Shown: one piece after another, positions 48,701 to 58,648 of the stretch
Numbering within the stretch: the stretch's first letter is position 1
Layout: each line of letters opens with the position of its first letter
Source: Bacteroidia bacterium
GTDB taxonomy: Bacteria; Bacteroidota; Bacteroidia; Cytophagales; Cyclobacteriaceae
NCBI GenBank assembly: GCA_031384515.1
Contig: JANNAQ010000013.1
Coordinates: 40,495-104,494, forward strand
Reading direction: 5' to 3'
DNA length: 64,000 nt
Program-made: the position numbers and the translations under genes
Notes under the pieces: model-generated
The model's input: only the letters and a program-made list of their open reading frames with translations
Database searches by the model: none
Told to the model about the DNA's origin: nothing

Positions 48701-49025
48701 GGTTACATTGAATGATCCAACATTTGTGGAGGCAGCAAAGGTAATCGGAGAACAAATTTCAGGCGCAAGCGATAGCCGGAAAGCAGTTGCAGAATTCTAT
48801 AGAAAATTGACAGGACAAACGCCAACGGATAAAGAACTCAATTTGTTGGAAGCTCTTCAACAGAAACAACTTAAAAAATTCAGAGCTGATTCAAAGAAAA
48901 CCAAAGGATGGTTAGCAGCAGGACAGTATTCTGTAGACAAGAATATTGAACCGGCTTTGATAGCAGCCAATGCGGTGGTGGCGAGTGTTATTTTAAATTC
49001 TGACGCAACATTAACTAAACGATAA
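45792..49025 (+). CDS. Planctomycete cytochrome c / DUF1549 / LamG / DUF1553 lipoprotein
   Basis: Lipobox LSSC, CFSCH and CARCHDH heme motifs, HWAF..P, LLRRLALDLTGLPP, NRYWQNFFGTGLV, TNTPLQALVTLN. Confidence 0.9.
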   Translation: MIWRERNLFFWWLVAGQLLSSCTPDLPKEVASAYGTLPDKLDYNLHVKPVLSDKCFSCHGPDKAKQKAGLRLDEELSAFGDLPESPGKVAIDPGDLNDSELFHRIMSNDPEYRMPSHKSHLSLSAKEKAILIKWIEQGAVYKPHWAFVKPEKSDVPEVADQNWTKNPIDYFILQRLEQEKIEPLKEAGKELLLRRLALDLTGLPPTLEEIDAFINDNSVNAYEKQVDRLLNSPHYGEKMAVDWLDLARFSDSHGYTVDRIIDMSPYRDWVINAFNTNFSYDKFIHWQLAGDLMPNPTKEMLIATAFNRIHPQNMEGGVIEEEFRTEYVVDRINTTGVAMMGLPVGCARCHDHKFDPISQKNYYQMFSFFNNVKEAGQISFDDATPSPTLLLLSVEKEKIINYLKDKIEKQEKKIGEVAKNSEEDFMKWLHSKAYQQFDQEGIPTSGLLARYNFDNGTLTNAVNPRLSGQMKREFSGVPGEKPVFEKRGNGKALALNGDEWLDLNPIGVFRKSDPFSISVTVFIPKDLKEGVIFHKGIAERTYNYRGYHLYVKDDKLEMSLAHVAPSNAITKISRRTVPKDQWLKLTMTYDGSSKADGMKLFENGLELEMEITMDQLTKDILLNSKEQPGLQIGAWNRGWGLKNGMVDDILVYNRTLTDIEIKIIAGQKLWSSTISKQPEQLTEQEQTALENYYTGAVHPDLIAAQQELKEMRSALSDSTENIPEVMIMQEMPQRRKTFVLQRGNYDLFGEEVFPNTPHAILPFPKQLPKNRYGLAQWLTDADHPLTARVAVNRYWQNFFGTGLVKTSEDFGNQGEMPSHLELLDWLAVTFLESGWDVKKLCKLMVMSATYRQDSKANQFIVERDPENRLLSHGPAVRMSAEMIRDNALMASGLLNKKIGGGSVKPYQPDGLWEINNTSYKADNGDAVYRRSLYVLIKRSVPNPTLATFDATSRSYCVMRRQETNTPLQALVTLNDPTFVEAAKVIGEQISGASDSRKAVAEFYRKLTGQTPTDKELNLLEALQQKQLKKFRADSKKTKGWLAAGQYSVDKNIEPALIAANAVVASVILNSDATLTKR

Positions 49026-49028
49026 ATT

Positions 49029-50534
49029 ATGTCTGACCATCATAAAGAATCATTTAATGTGCCGCCAGAGTTTGATCAATTGAACAAAAACTGGAACAGG
49101 CGGAATTTTCTAACCAAAACATCGATGGGGCTTGGTGCGTTGGCGTTAAGTTCATTAATCGGAAAAACTCTTTTTGGCAAGACTGCAAGCGCACAAACTT
49201 CTCCCTTAACTCTTGAGGAAGAAATTCTTGCGGCCATTCCACATCTTGTGCCGAGAGCAAAGCGAGTGGTGTATTTGTTTATGAGTGGAGGCCCTTCACA
49301 GTTTGAAACCTTTGACTATAAACCAAAACTTGTGAATATGTTTGGGCAGGATCTTCCTGATTCTGTCAGACAAGGTCAGCGGCTAACCAGTATGAGTTCC
49401 AACCAAAGCATTCTGCCGATTGTCCCCTCCATTTATAAATTCAATCAGCATGGGGAGTCTCAAGCATGGGTTAGTGAATTACTTCCGTACACAGCAGGAG
49501 TAGTTGATGATTTATGCATTGTCAAATCGTTGTATACAGAAGCGATTAACCATGATCCAGCTCTTACTTTTTTTCAAACCGGTAACCAGCTTCCGGGTAG
49601 AGCATCTATTGGGTCGTGGGTCAGCTATGGGTTAGGTTCGGATAACAAAAACCTTCCCACTTTCATTGTACTCGTTTCTAGAAATGCCGTAAAAGATCAG
49701 CCGCTCTATGCCAGACTGTGGGGTAATGGATTTCTTCCATCCGAACATCAGGGCGTGCAGTTCAGAGCGGGCAAAGATCCTGTTTTATTTTTAGACAATC
49801 CACAAGGCTATGACGGGCAAGATCGAAAGGAGATGCTTGATCATCTGACCCAACTAAATAGAATGCAAAATGAATCGTTCAATGATTCAGAGGTAGAAGC
49901 CCGGATTGCACAGTATGAAATGGCGTATCGAATGCAAACTTCCGTTCCGGACGCAATTGATATTAGCAAAGAGCCTGACGAGGTTTTTGATTTGTATGGT
50001 TCCGATAGCAGAGAACCTGGCACCTATGCCGCCAATTGTATACTAGCGCGTAAGCTATTGGAGAAAGATGTAAAGTTTGTTCAATTGTATCATCAGGGTT
50101 GGGATCACCATGGAGGATTGCCCTCGGGAATTGCAAAACAATGTAAGGATACTGATCAGGCAACCGCAGCGCTGATTACCGATCTTAAAAGGAGAGGTTT
50201 ATTGGAAGATACACTTGTCATTTGGGGAGGAGAATTTGGTCGAACAGTTTATTCTCAGGGAAAACTTAAAGCAAATGATTATGGTCGCGACCATCATCCG
50301 CGATGCTTTACTATGTGGATGGCCGGTGCTGGTGTGAAGCCGGGCATCAGTTATGGCGAGACAGATGATTTCAGTTACAATATTGTAAAAGACCCAGTAC
50401 ATGTGCATGACTTTCAGGCAACACTTATGAACTTGATGGGAGTTGATCATGAACGCCTTACTTATAAGTTCCAGGGAAGGCGCTTCCGGTTGACGGATGT
50501 TCATGGCAAAGTGATCAACGATATTCTCACGTAA
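49029..50534 (+). CDS. DUF1501 protein with Tat signal
   Basis: RRNFL; RAKRVVYLFMSGGPSQ, AINHDPA, GWDHH, IWGGEFGRT, GRDHHP. Confidence 0.92.
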   Translation: MSDHHKESFNVPPEFDQLNKNWNRRNFLTKTSMGLGALALSSLIGKTLFGKTASAQTSPLTLEEEILAAIPHLVPRAKRVVYLFMSGGPSQFETFDYKPKLVNMFGQDLPDSVRQGQRLTSMSSNQSILPIVPSIYKFNQHGESQAWVSELLPYTAGVVDDLCIVKSLYTEAINHDPALTFFQTGNQLPGRASIGSWVSYGLGSDNKNLPTFIVLVSRNAVKDQPLYARLWGNGFLPSEHQGVQFRAGKDPVLFLDNPQGYDGQDRKEMLDHLTQLNRMQNESFNDSEVEARIAQYEMAYRMQTSVPDAIDISKEPDEVFDLYGSDSREPGTYAANCILARKLLEKDVKFVQLYHQGWDHHGGLPSGIAKQCKDTDQATAALITDLKRRGLLEDTLVIWGGEFGRTVYSQGKLKANDYGRDHHPRCFTMWMAGAGVKPGISYGETDDFSYNIVKDPVHVHDFQATLMNLMGVDHERLTYKFQGRRFRLTDVHGKVINDILT

Positions 50535-50592
50535 AGAAGTAGCATGAAGAGATATAGTTTTACTACTTTCAAAAAGATTGGCATTATAAATA

Positions 50593-51942
50593 GTGTTAAC
50601 GCCTGGTAAAACTATGTTGCTTGATATAAGTGCTTTTGTTGGACACCTACATCCTTTAGTGGTGCACTTGCCCATTGGGTTTTTGTTGTTGGCAATGCTG
50701 TTTGAACTTGCTTCTTATGTTAAGAAATATCAGCACCTTAAATCCGCAGTGGGGTTTATCTTACTACTTGGGTTTGTGGCAGCAGGCATTGCGTGTGTTT
50801 GTGGATACATGCTTTCCTTGACAGGGGATTATGATTATCAACGATTAAGCTATCATAAAACAGCTGGCATTGCTGTTGCGATTGTCTCAGGATTTTTATT
50901 TCTAATGACTACAAAGCAATTCGTCAGAAAGTTTTCAGTCAACCGCACATTATTTTCAATTTTGTTGGTTGGTCTTTTTGCTTTAACAAGCTACAGCGGG
51001 CATCAAGGCGGCACTCTTACCCATGGCAGCGATTACCTTTCACTGAACATTCTCACCCGCCAAAATCTGGATGCGCCTACTTCTGTTGAAGAGGCTCTTT
51101 TGTTTGAGCAAGTTGTTCAACCGATACTCGCCAAACGTTGCTCACAATGTCACCGTGAAGGAAAATTGAAAGGTAAATTATCTGTGCAGTCACTAACTGA
51201 CTTGCTAAAAGGAGGGAAGAGTGGCCCGGCAGTTGTGGGCGGTAAGTTGGACAGCAGTGAATTGTATAAACGAATTTCATATGATCCGACTCATGAAAAA
51301 TTTATGCCTGCGGATGGCAAGACACCTTTGACAAAAGCAGAGACCGATATTATTATATGGTGGATTGATAAAGGTATGGCGATGCAAGGAAAGAAAATTT
51401 CAGAATTGAAAAATTCAGAAGAAATCAAATCACAAGTTTCGACATTCTTAGGATTCAATGAGACAGAAGACAATGGTAACATGTTCGCTTATGCAGGGCA
51501 GGACATTAATCCAGCTATACCAATTGATGTTAGCAAGGCGTTTGTGGATAGCCTGCGTAACATGGGAGTAAACGTTCGCGTAATGCTCCATCAACCAGTT
51601 ATGCTGGATGTAACTGTTCCCGCTGGCTCAAAAGTAAAAGTTGAGTCGATACAAAAATATCTGAAGGCCATTGAAAAGAATGTGATCTGGCTCAATCTTT
51701 CAGGTAATGGATTGACTGAAGATGATCTTGACTTCTTGCCTCATATGATAAATCTTGAAAAATTGAGATTGGATAAAAACCCGATTGGCGATGACATTGT
51801 CAAGCAGCTTATTGGACTACACCATTTGGAAGTAATAAACTTAAGCGAGACTAAAATAAGTAGGGGTGGTTTAGAAAAATTGAATTCAATGCCAAATCTG
51901 AAAAGAGTGTATAGTTGGCGAACACAATCCTCAATAATGTGA
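50593..51942 (+). CDS. DUF2231 membrane domain + planctomycete cytochrome c + LRR protein
   Basis: GHLHPLVVHLPIG, GGTLTHG, CSQCH, WLNLS.N...LEKLRLD.N...LEVINLSET. Confidence 0.88.
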   Translation: MLTPGKTMLLDISAFVGHLHPLVVHLPIGFLLLAMLFELASYVKKYQHLKSAVGFILLLGFVAAGIACVCGYMLSLTGDYDYQRLSYHKTAGIAVAIVSGFLFLMTTKQFVRKFSVNRTLFSILLVGLFALTSYSGHQGGTLTHGSDYLSLNILTRQNLDAPTSVEEALLFEQVVQPILAKRCSQCHREGKLKGKLSVQSLTDLLKGGKSGPAVVGGKLDSSELYKRISYDPTHEKFMPADGKTPLTKAETDIIIWWIDKGMAMQGKKISELKNSEEIKSQVSTFLGFNETEDNGNMFAYAGQDINPAIPIDVSKAFVDSLRNMGVNVRVMLHQPVMLDVTVPAGSKVKVESIQKYLKAIEKNVIWLNLSGNGLTEDDLDFLPHMINLEKLRLDKNPIGDDIVKQLIGLHHLEVINLSETKISRGGLEKLNSMPNLKRVYSWRTQSSIM

Positions 51943-51976
51943 CCCGTATAGAAAATTTGAAGTAAGACCTGAGCTT

Positions 51977-53326
51977 TTACTTTTTATGTTCTTCCGCCTT
52001 CAGTCGGATAACACAATTCTCCAGCGATCGATATTGGTGATAAGTAGCTTTCCAAATATGACCTTTTAAGGCGGTCTTCATGTCTGGCTGTTTATCCAAA
52101 CCACCCGCGTAAAAATCTCCGTGCTCGTGATCGATCAAATAGGTGTCAGTATACTTCCATAGCGTTTCAAATTTTTGGAAGTAATTCATTTTGTCTTCCG
52201 GATAGAGATCGGCCATCAATAGTAAAGCATTTAATCCTTCCGCCTGTGCCCACCAATTTTTGGTGTCATGAGTAATAGTTATTTGAGGTTCACCCTTAAA
52301 ATAGTATCCTTCATCATAAAAACCACCGAGTGAATTGTCCCAGCCATTTCGAAGTGCATGATCAACCATGCGTTTTGCTATGGTCATCGTGGTCGTATCA
52401 TTTTGAATTCCCATAATGTGTGAAGCTTCGATCAGGAGATAAGCTGTCTCTACATCATGACCAATGGAGACGTGATCGAGCTGGTGATGTTTTTCAATAA
52501 CCTCTTTGGACGAATCTGCAAATGAAACTGGAGACCAATCTGGTTGAAGAAAAAGCGTGAGGTGTCCTTTTGGTGTGGTAATGGTATCTCGGATCAGCAC
52601 AAGCATTTCGTTCAACCGTTCGCGAAGCAACTCATCTGGCCATACCTGATACAACTCTGTAAATGCTTCTAATAGGTGAATGGAACTGTTTTGATCTTTA
52701 TAACCTGTGTCTGCTGTTGAGGGTGTATCCGCTTTTCGTTGAATGGTTTTTCCGTTTCGTTGTAAATGTTGGAAGTAGCCCATTGAATTTGCATCATGAC
52801 TATTTTTCTCTAACCATCGGAATGCCTTTTTCGCCAGGTTCAATGCACTAGTATCTTTTGATGAAGCATAGTACGCAGCCAGAGCATAGATGCCAAACGC
52901 ATTGCCGTAAGCTGTCTTGGACGAATCACCTTTCACGTTGCCCGTACGGTCAACAAGCCAGTAAAAGCCACCATACTCTTTATCCCACATTACATTTTTA
53001 AGGAATTCAAATCCATGTTTAGCGCTAGACCTATAATGTTCAACCTCAGGATAACGAACCGAGGCTTTGGCATTTGTCCAGGTATGGCGTGCTTGTGTTA
53101 CAATCATTTTATCCTGATCGCCTGTTGGTTTAAAATCGAATGTGAAGGTGCTGAGAAACCCACCATAAACTGTATCAATAGCCTGAGGATACCAGCTTTC
53201 AAGCATTCCAGTTAAAGCCGTTTCCATTCCTAAGACTATTTGTTGTTTCTGGCCGCCTGGGTTTTTATTGCAGCCGTGCAAGCCTATGACAACAATAACC
53301 AGTAGAATTGATAAGGCTCTTTTCAT
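51977..53326 (-). CDS. AGE-family epimerase (cellobiose 2-epimerase-like), lipoprotein
   Basis: YGGFL, QARHTW, NSSIHLLEAFT, SIGHDVE, WWAQAEG, WKATYH. Confidence 0.9.
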   Translation of the reverse strand: MKRALSILLVIVVIGLHGCNKNPGGQKQQIVLGMETALTGMLESWYPQAIDTVYGGFLSTFTFDFKPTGDQDKMIVTQARHTWTNAKASVRYPEVEHYRSSAKHGFEFLKNVMWDKEYGGFYWLVDRTGNVKGDSSKTAYGNAFGIYALAAYYASSKDTSALNLAKKAFRWLEKNSHDANSMGYFQHLQRNGKTIQRKADTPSTADTGYKDQNSSIHLLEAFTELYQVWPDELLRERLNEMLVLIRDTITTPKGHLTLFLQPDWSPVSFADSSKEVIEKHHQLDHVSIGHDVETAYLLIEASHIMGIQNDTTTMTIAKRMVDHALRNGWDNSLGGFYDEGYYFKGEPQITITHDTKNWWAQAEGLNALLLMADLYPEDKMNYFQKFETLWKYTDTYLIDHEHGDFYAGGLDKQPDMKTALKGHIWKATYHQYRSLENCVIRLKAEEHKK

Positions 53327-53441
53327 GTGACTTTGAGTAAAAGTGAGTAATAAAATGAAATCCTACATGAAGATAAGGAGCCTAATCATGGAAGTTTGCA
53401 TTCGTTTGCTATTTTTACTTAATCCATCAAATCATCAAACT

Positions 53442-54749
53442 ATGAAGAACAAAGCCATTGCCCGATTCCATTTATTATTTCTTGCTCTCATCTTTCATCA
53501 TTTTCTTCTTGCTCAACCTATTGAGCAACGGGTAAAAGTGGTAGTGGCGCCCGATCGTATAGACTGGACGTACAAGGCAAATGAGAAGGTAAAATTTACT
53601 GTCTCAGTACTACGAGATGGAAACCCACTGAAAGATGTAAAGATTAAGTATGAAGTAGGTCCGGAAAAAATGGACCCAGTTAAAAAAGATTCAACAGTGC
53701 TTTCTTCAGGAACTACCACCATCGAAGGGGGCACTATGAAATCGGAAGGATTTCTACGTTGTATTGTAATCGCCAAAGTTGACGGGAAAGAATATCGAGG
53801 ATTTGCTACCGCGGGTTTTGAACCTCAAACTATTCAACCAACGGTTGAGAACCCAACTGACTTTATACAATTCTGGGATCAGGCGAAAGCCGATCTCACT
53901 AAAATTCCGCTTGACGCAAAAATGACTTTGCTTCCTGATCGGTGTACAGAAAATGTAAATGTCTATCATGTCAATCTCCAAAACTTCCGTGTGGGTTCAA
54001 GGATCTACGGAATCTTGTGCGTTCCGAAAAAGGAAGGAAAGTATCCAGCATTACTAAAAGTTCCTGGTGCAGGTGTACGACCTTATGCTGGTGATGTCGC
54101 GCTCGCTGAGAAGGGCATCATCACATTTGAAATTGGAATACATGGAGTCTCTGTGATCATGGATCCATCTGTCTATGCTGATTTAGGAGGCAGTACGCTT
54201 AATAATTATTCCAACTATAACATGGATAACCGCGACCGTTATTATTACAAGCGTGTGTATATGGGCTGCGTTCGTGCCAATGATTTTTTGGTGAGCTTGC
54301 CACAGTACGATGGAGCCAATCTTGCAGTTACTGGAGGAAGTCAGGGCGGTGCTCTATCTATTATTACGGCAGGGCTAGATAGTCGTGTGAAATTCCTTGC
54401 GGCATTTTATCCTGCCTTAAGCGATGTAACGGGTTATCTGAATGGAAGGGCAGGAGGGTGGCCGCATATGTTTGATAAGAACAATTTGACATTTAATAAT
54501 TTAAAAGAGAAGAAGGAGACCATGAAGTACTATGACGTTGTCAATTTTGCACGGCAGGTAAAAGTACCCGGTCTTTATTCGTGGGGCTTCAATGATGAGA
54601 CATGCCCACCAACTTCTATGTACGCATCCTACAATGTGATCAGCGCTCCCAAAGAATTATATCTCGCATTGGAGACAGGGCATTGGACATATCCGGAACA
54701 GCGCGAGAAATTTAACAACTGGCTGGTGGAGCAACTGAAAAAGAAATAG
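53442..54749 (+). CDS. Acetylxylan esterase / cephalosporin-C deacetylase (CE7-like)
   Basis: PGAGVRP, TGGSQGGAL, DETCPP, GH; probable start ATG at 53442. Confidence 0.88.
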   Translation: MKNKAIARFHLLFLALIFHHFLLAQPIEQRVKVVVAPDRIDWTYKANEKVKFTVSVLRDGNPLKDVKIKYEVGPEKMDPVKKDSTVLSSGTTTIEGGTMKSEGFLRCIVIAKVDGKEYRGFATAGFEPQTIQPTVENPTDFIQFWDQAKADLTKIPLDAKMTLLPDRCTENVNVYHVNLQNFRVGSRIYGILCVPKKEGKYPALLKVPGAGVRPYAGDVALAEKGIITFEIGIHGVSVIMDPSVYADLGGSTLNNYSNYNMDNRDRYYYKRVYMGCVRANDFLVSLPQYDGANLAVTGGSQGGALSIITAGLDSRVKFLAAFYPALSDVTGYLNGRAGGWPHMFDKNNLTFNNLKEKKETMKYYDVVNFARQVKVPGLYSWGFNDETCPPTSMYASYNVISAPKELYLALETGHWTYPEQREKFNNWLVEQLKKK

Positions 54750-54800
54750 CCCTTGTTCATTTGACAAGTTTGGTTTTTATGAGCACAAAATAGATTGAAC

Positions 54801-54905
54801 GTCTTTGCGAGCACCTGCGTGGGATTTGTGGGTTGTGCGAAGCAATCTGCTAATTTTAGCGATCGCTTCGTCCCTCTCGCTTCCTCCGCTGGTACTCGCG
54901 ATGAC
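54801..54905. repeat. Degenerate nested palindromic element (GTC...GAC termini)
   Basis: Outer GTCTTTGCGAG/CTCGCGATGAC; inner CGAAGCAATCTGCTAA/TTAGCGATCGCTTCG. Confidence 0.7.
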
Positions 54906-54965
54906 GTCAAATTTTTAGTTTTGCGTAACATCAGTTATTTAGCTAGGTTGGAATAAATATTCGAT

Positions 54966-56246
54966 ATGCATCACATTCGTGTACCAAAGGTTGACCTTCC
55001 CCGGGTTGTAATTGTAGGAGGAGGTTTTGGTGGAATTCAATTGGCTCAGCGCTTAAAGGGCAAACCCTTTCAGGTGGTTCTTCTCGACAAGAATAACTAT
55101 CATGCTTTTCCGCCATTGCTTTATCAGATTGCTACTGCGGGATTGGAAGCATCGTCTATTGCGGCACCTTTCCGGAAAATTTTTGAAGGCTTTCCGAATT
55201 TTATTTTCAGACTGGCAGAAGTAAAGGAAATTATTTCCTCTGAGAACAGGATCATTACGGACATTGGTGATATTCCATACGATTTTTTGGTGATCGCCTC
55301 CGGCTCCACCACAAATTTCTTTGGTATGAAAGACGTAGAGCAGCACGCCATGCCTATGAAGTCTATACCCGAAGCACTGGACATCAGAAGTATGCTGCTT
55401 CAGAATTTTGAAACGGCAGTAAATCTCGAACACAAAAGCGAAGAGCAAGAGAGTTTGATTGACATTGTTGTGATTGGTGGAGGTCCAACGGGTGTAGAGC
55501 TTGCCGGTGCATTGGCGGAGTTACGTAACCATGTGTTGCCGGAAGATTATGCTGAGTTGGATTTTGGTCAAATGGATATTTACCTGGTGGAAATGGGGCC
55601 GCGTTTATTGCCGCCCATGTCCGAAATTGCGTCTGCGAAAACAAAAGAATTTTTAGAAGAGTTAGGTGTTCAGGTTTGGTTGAATACAGCCTTGACATCT
55701 TTCGATGGATTAAAGGCCACCTTCAACAATGGAAAAGTTATACCTACAACCCATTTAATATTCGCTGCTGGTGTGGCGGGTTGCGTACCAAACGGTTTTG
55801 CAACAGATGCAGTCGCCCGTGGTCGCAGACTTGTAGTTGATGCTCAACTCAGAGTTAAAGGCCTCCAAAATGTTTTTGCTATCGGTGATGTGGCAGCCTT
55901 CACCCCGGAAGGTAAACAAGCACCTTTACCTATGGTTGCACCAGTATCAGTTCAAATGGGTAAGCACTTGGCTAAATTTTTTCAAGCTGGATTGCCCAAA
56001 GATTTCCCTTCATTTAAATATACCGACAAGGGAAGCATGGCCACCATTGGTAAGCACAAAGCAGTTGTTGACTTATCGTTTTGGAAAACACAAGGAGCAA
56101 TAGCCTGGCTGATCTGGATGTTCGTTCACCTCATGTCGCTTGTTGGGTTCGGCAGCAAAATAGGTGTCTTCCTCAGCTGGTCGCAAAGTTATTTAAGCGC
56201 TGACAAAAGGTTTAGGCTCATTATAAACAGATATAAGAAGAAGTAG
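54966..56246 (+). CDS. ndh: Type II NADH:quinone oxidoreductase
   Basis: VGGGFGG, FPPLLYQIAT, GGGPTGVELAG, AIGD, YTDKGSMATIG. Confidence 0.92.
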   Translation: MHHIRVPKVDLPRVVIVGGGFGGIQLAQRLKGKPFQVVLLDKNNYHAFPPLLYQIATAGLEASSIAAPFRKIFEGFPNFIFRLAEVKEIISSENRIITDIGDIPYDFLVIASGSTTNFFGMKDVEQHAMPMKSIPEALDIRSMLLQNFETAVNLEHKSEEQESLIDIVVIGGGPTGVELAGALAELRNHVLPEDYAELDFGQMDIYLVEMGPRLLPPMSEIASAKTKEFLEELGVQVWLNTALTSFDGLKATFNNGKVIPTTHLIFAAGVAGCVPNGFATDAVARGRRLVVDAQLRVKGLQNVFAIGDVAAFTPEGKQAPLPMVAPVSVQMGKHLAKFFQAGLPKDFPSFKYTDKGSMATIGKHKAVVDLSFWKTQGAIAWLIWMFVHLMSLVGFGSKIGVFLSWSQSYLSADKRFRLIINRYKKK

Positions 56247-56331
56247 GCATTTCTCTTTGACCTGTTTGTCACACTTTCTTTAGATTTCAAAGTGATATTC
56301 ATTTTACTACCTTCGACCAAAGTGTAATCCT

Positions 56332-57852
56332 ATGCAACTAAATCAAAATCCACGCTTCCTGTCTTATCTCGCTTTCTTATGTTTTGCAATTGTTGTAACA
56401 AGTTGTCAGAGTCCAGATAAGAAAGAGGCAGCTGAAAAAGTTCGGGCAAAGATGCTTGCGCGTGCTGTTGAAGCGGATTTAAAAAATGAATACACAGGGC
56501 CTCCGGGAGATGCGCTTACCCACCACACCGCAGGCTTTGCTAAGATCATGTGTTCGGCCGTTTTTATCACCGGGTTGAAGCCAGAGTTTGCAGCGGAGAA
56601 TGTTGGATACTTCGCAAGCCCATATGTAGAACGCGCAAAAGTAAGTAAGCCAGTGGTTGATTTTGAAGAAAAATCTGTCACCATTACTCTTCCAGGCGGA
56701 CTTTCGCGCAAAGCAATTTATGTAGGAAGCCAGGGATGTGTAACACTTCCATTAGGTATTGACTCCTTATTTTACAAACCAATTGAAGTTGTTCGTCATT
56801 TGCCTGATGCATCTACGACAGCTTGGCCCATGGGAGATGTGTTGTCAACAGAACCGATGCCAGCTGAACTTGATATAGCAAAAGTAGAACAAGCTGTGGC
56901 TGCAGCTTTTGAACCAGCCGAGGCAATGACTGCTGCTTTTGTTGTAACCTATAAAGGACGAATTATTGCAGAACGCTACGGTGATGGCATAACAAAAGAT
57001 ACTCCACTGGAAAGTTGGTCGATGGGAAAAAGTTTAACGGCCACGATGATGGGCATCCTTATCAAGCAAGGTGTATATACTTTGGATCAACCGGCACCAA
57101 TTCCTCAATGGCAAGCTGAAGGCGATGAGCGCGCAAAGATTAGAATCATGGATATCCTTCATATGTCCAGCGGGCTTCGTTGTCGTGCACCGCAAGACCC
57201 AGACTATGATCCCAGTCTAGGTTATCCTGATCATTTGTATTTGTACACAGGTGGTGTTAACTCATTTGAGTGGGCAGCTAACCGGCCACAACAATGGCCA
57301 CCTAACACCATTGGGCGATATAGAAATATTGATCCTGTTTTAACAAACTATTTGGTGAAACTAGGAGTGGAGAACAAAGGTGGAGACTATCTCACTTTCC
57401 CTCAGCGTGAGCTTTTTGATAAAATCGGAGTTCGTACTATGGTAATGGAAACAGATCCATACGGTAACTTTCTCACGCAAGGTTATGAGTTTGCGTCTGG
57501 TAGAGATTGGGCAAGGTTGGGAAATCTCTATTTGCAAGATGGTGTTTGGAACGGTGAGCGAATACTACCTGAAGGCTATACAAAATTTGTAAGCACACTG
57601 GCGCCAGCATGGGTTGAAGATGGCAGGCCAATCTATGGAGGATTCTTTTGGATAAACGGGGATGGAAGACTGCCAATACCTAAAGAAGCCTATATGATGT
57701 TAGGTGCAGGCGGCCAATCCACTACGATCATTCCTTCTCATGATTTAGTAGTAGTACGGTTAGGCCACTATAAAGGATCCGATGTATCGGATGAATCTCT
57801 TAACAAAGCTTTTGCACTGTTGATGGAGGCTGTGCCCGAAAAGAGTAAATAG
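56332..57852 (+). CDS. Serine hydrolase, beta-lactamase/AmpC family lipoprotein
   Basis: Lipobox VTSC; SWSMGKS (SxxK), YRN, G.GGQ...IPSHDLVVVRLG. Confidence 0.88.
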   Translation: MQLNQNPRFLSYLAFLCFAIVVTSCQSPDKKEAAEKVRAKMLARAVEADLKNEYTGPPGDALTHHTAGFAKIMCSAVFITGLKPEFAAENVGYFASPYVERAKVSKPVVDFEEKSVTITLPGGLSRKAIYVGSQGCVTLPLGIDSLFYKPIEVVRHLPDASTTAWPMGDVLSTEPMPAELDIAKVEQAVAAAFEPAEAMTAAFVVTYKGRIIAERYGDGITKDTPLESWSMGKSLTATMMGILIKQGVYTLDQPAPIPQWQAEGDERAKIRIMDILHMSSGLRCRAPQDPDYDPSLGYPDHLYLYTGGVNSFEWAANRPQQWPPNTIGRYRNIDPVLTNYLVKLGVENKGGDYLTFPQRELFDKIGVRTMVMETDPYGNFLTQGYEFASGRDWARLGNLYLQDGVWNGERILPEGYTKFVSTLAPAWVEDGRPIYGGFFWINGDGRLPIPKEAYMMLGAGGQSTTIIPSHDLVVVRLGHYKGSDVSDESLNKAFALLMEAVPEKSK

Positions 57853-57907
57853 AAGCTTCTTGATCACTGAGCGTTTTGAAATACAGTAAATATTCAAAGG
57901 GGTTGAA

Positions 57908-58600
57908 ATGAGTAATATTAGAATTGATTGGATTAATCATCTGGTAGGATTTTTTACCGCTTTGATCGGAATTTTTATTGCCTTTCAATTAGACGATTGG
58001 CAGGAAAGAAATAGAGAGCAAGAGAAAGTTAAGGTAACACTAGCGGCTATTAAAAGTGAGATAGATGATAATAGGGAAATTTATAGTAGAGATATTGAAG
58101 TTTTAACACAATGGAGGGAATATTGGGACTTTATGAGAAGTCATGATAAAGATAATATTGGTCAAATTATAGCGACTAAAAAAGAAATGGATTTGATGAA
58201 AAGGAAACATGCCGATCGACTTGGTTCAGTAGAATTTATTAAAAAATATAATGACTCTTTGAATGTATATGGCACGCACTTCTCTCTCGTAGACGTAATG
58301 GTAGAATCGGGAATATCGACCAGTAGTTGGGAAGCCGCGAAATCAGGCGGCACCTTAAGTAATTTGGATCATTCCAGAATGACACAACTCACTAAAATTT
58401 ATGATTGGATAGACAAAGATCTTGGCATTGATGATGCCGATGTAATTAAAAGCCTATCGGGTTTTGAATCAGAAGATGAAATTGTAATTACTGATCTAAA
58501 AAAAATACTGTATGATTACAACATGATTGTTAGAGTTTACAGCTTTAAGCTAGCTATGATTGATTCGATTTATAAAGAGATTGAATGGGAAATTGACTGA
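57908..58600 (+). CDS. Hypothetical protein with N-terminal TM (DUF6090-like)
   Basis: IGIFIAFQLDDWQE...E......I..EI..N pattern. Confidence 0.7.
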   Translation: MSNIRIDWINHLVGFFTALIGIFIAFQLDDWQERNREQEKVKVTLAAIKSEIDDNREIYSRDIEVLTQWREYWDFMRSHDKDNIGQIIATKKEMDLMKRKHADRLGSVEFIKKYNDSLNVYGTHFSLVDVMVESGISTSSWEAAKSGGTLSNLDHSRMTQLTKIYDWIDKDLGIDDADVIKSLSGFESEDEIVITDLKKILYDYNMIVRVYSFKLAMIDSIYKEIEWEID

Positions 58601-58648
58601 GGACTTTTAAAACTTAATTGCAAAATGGCCAACTAATTCAATTGTGGC

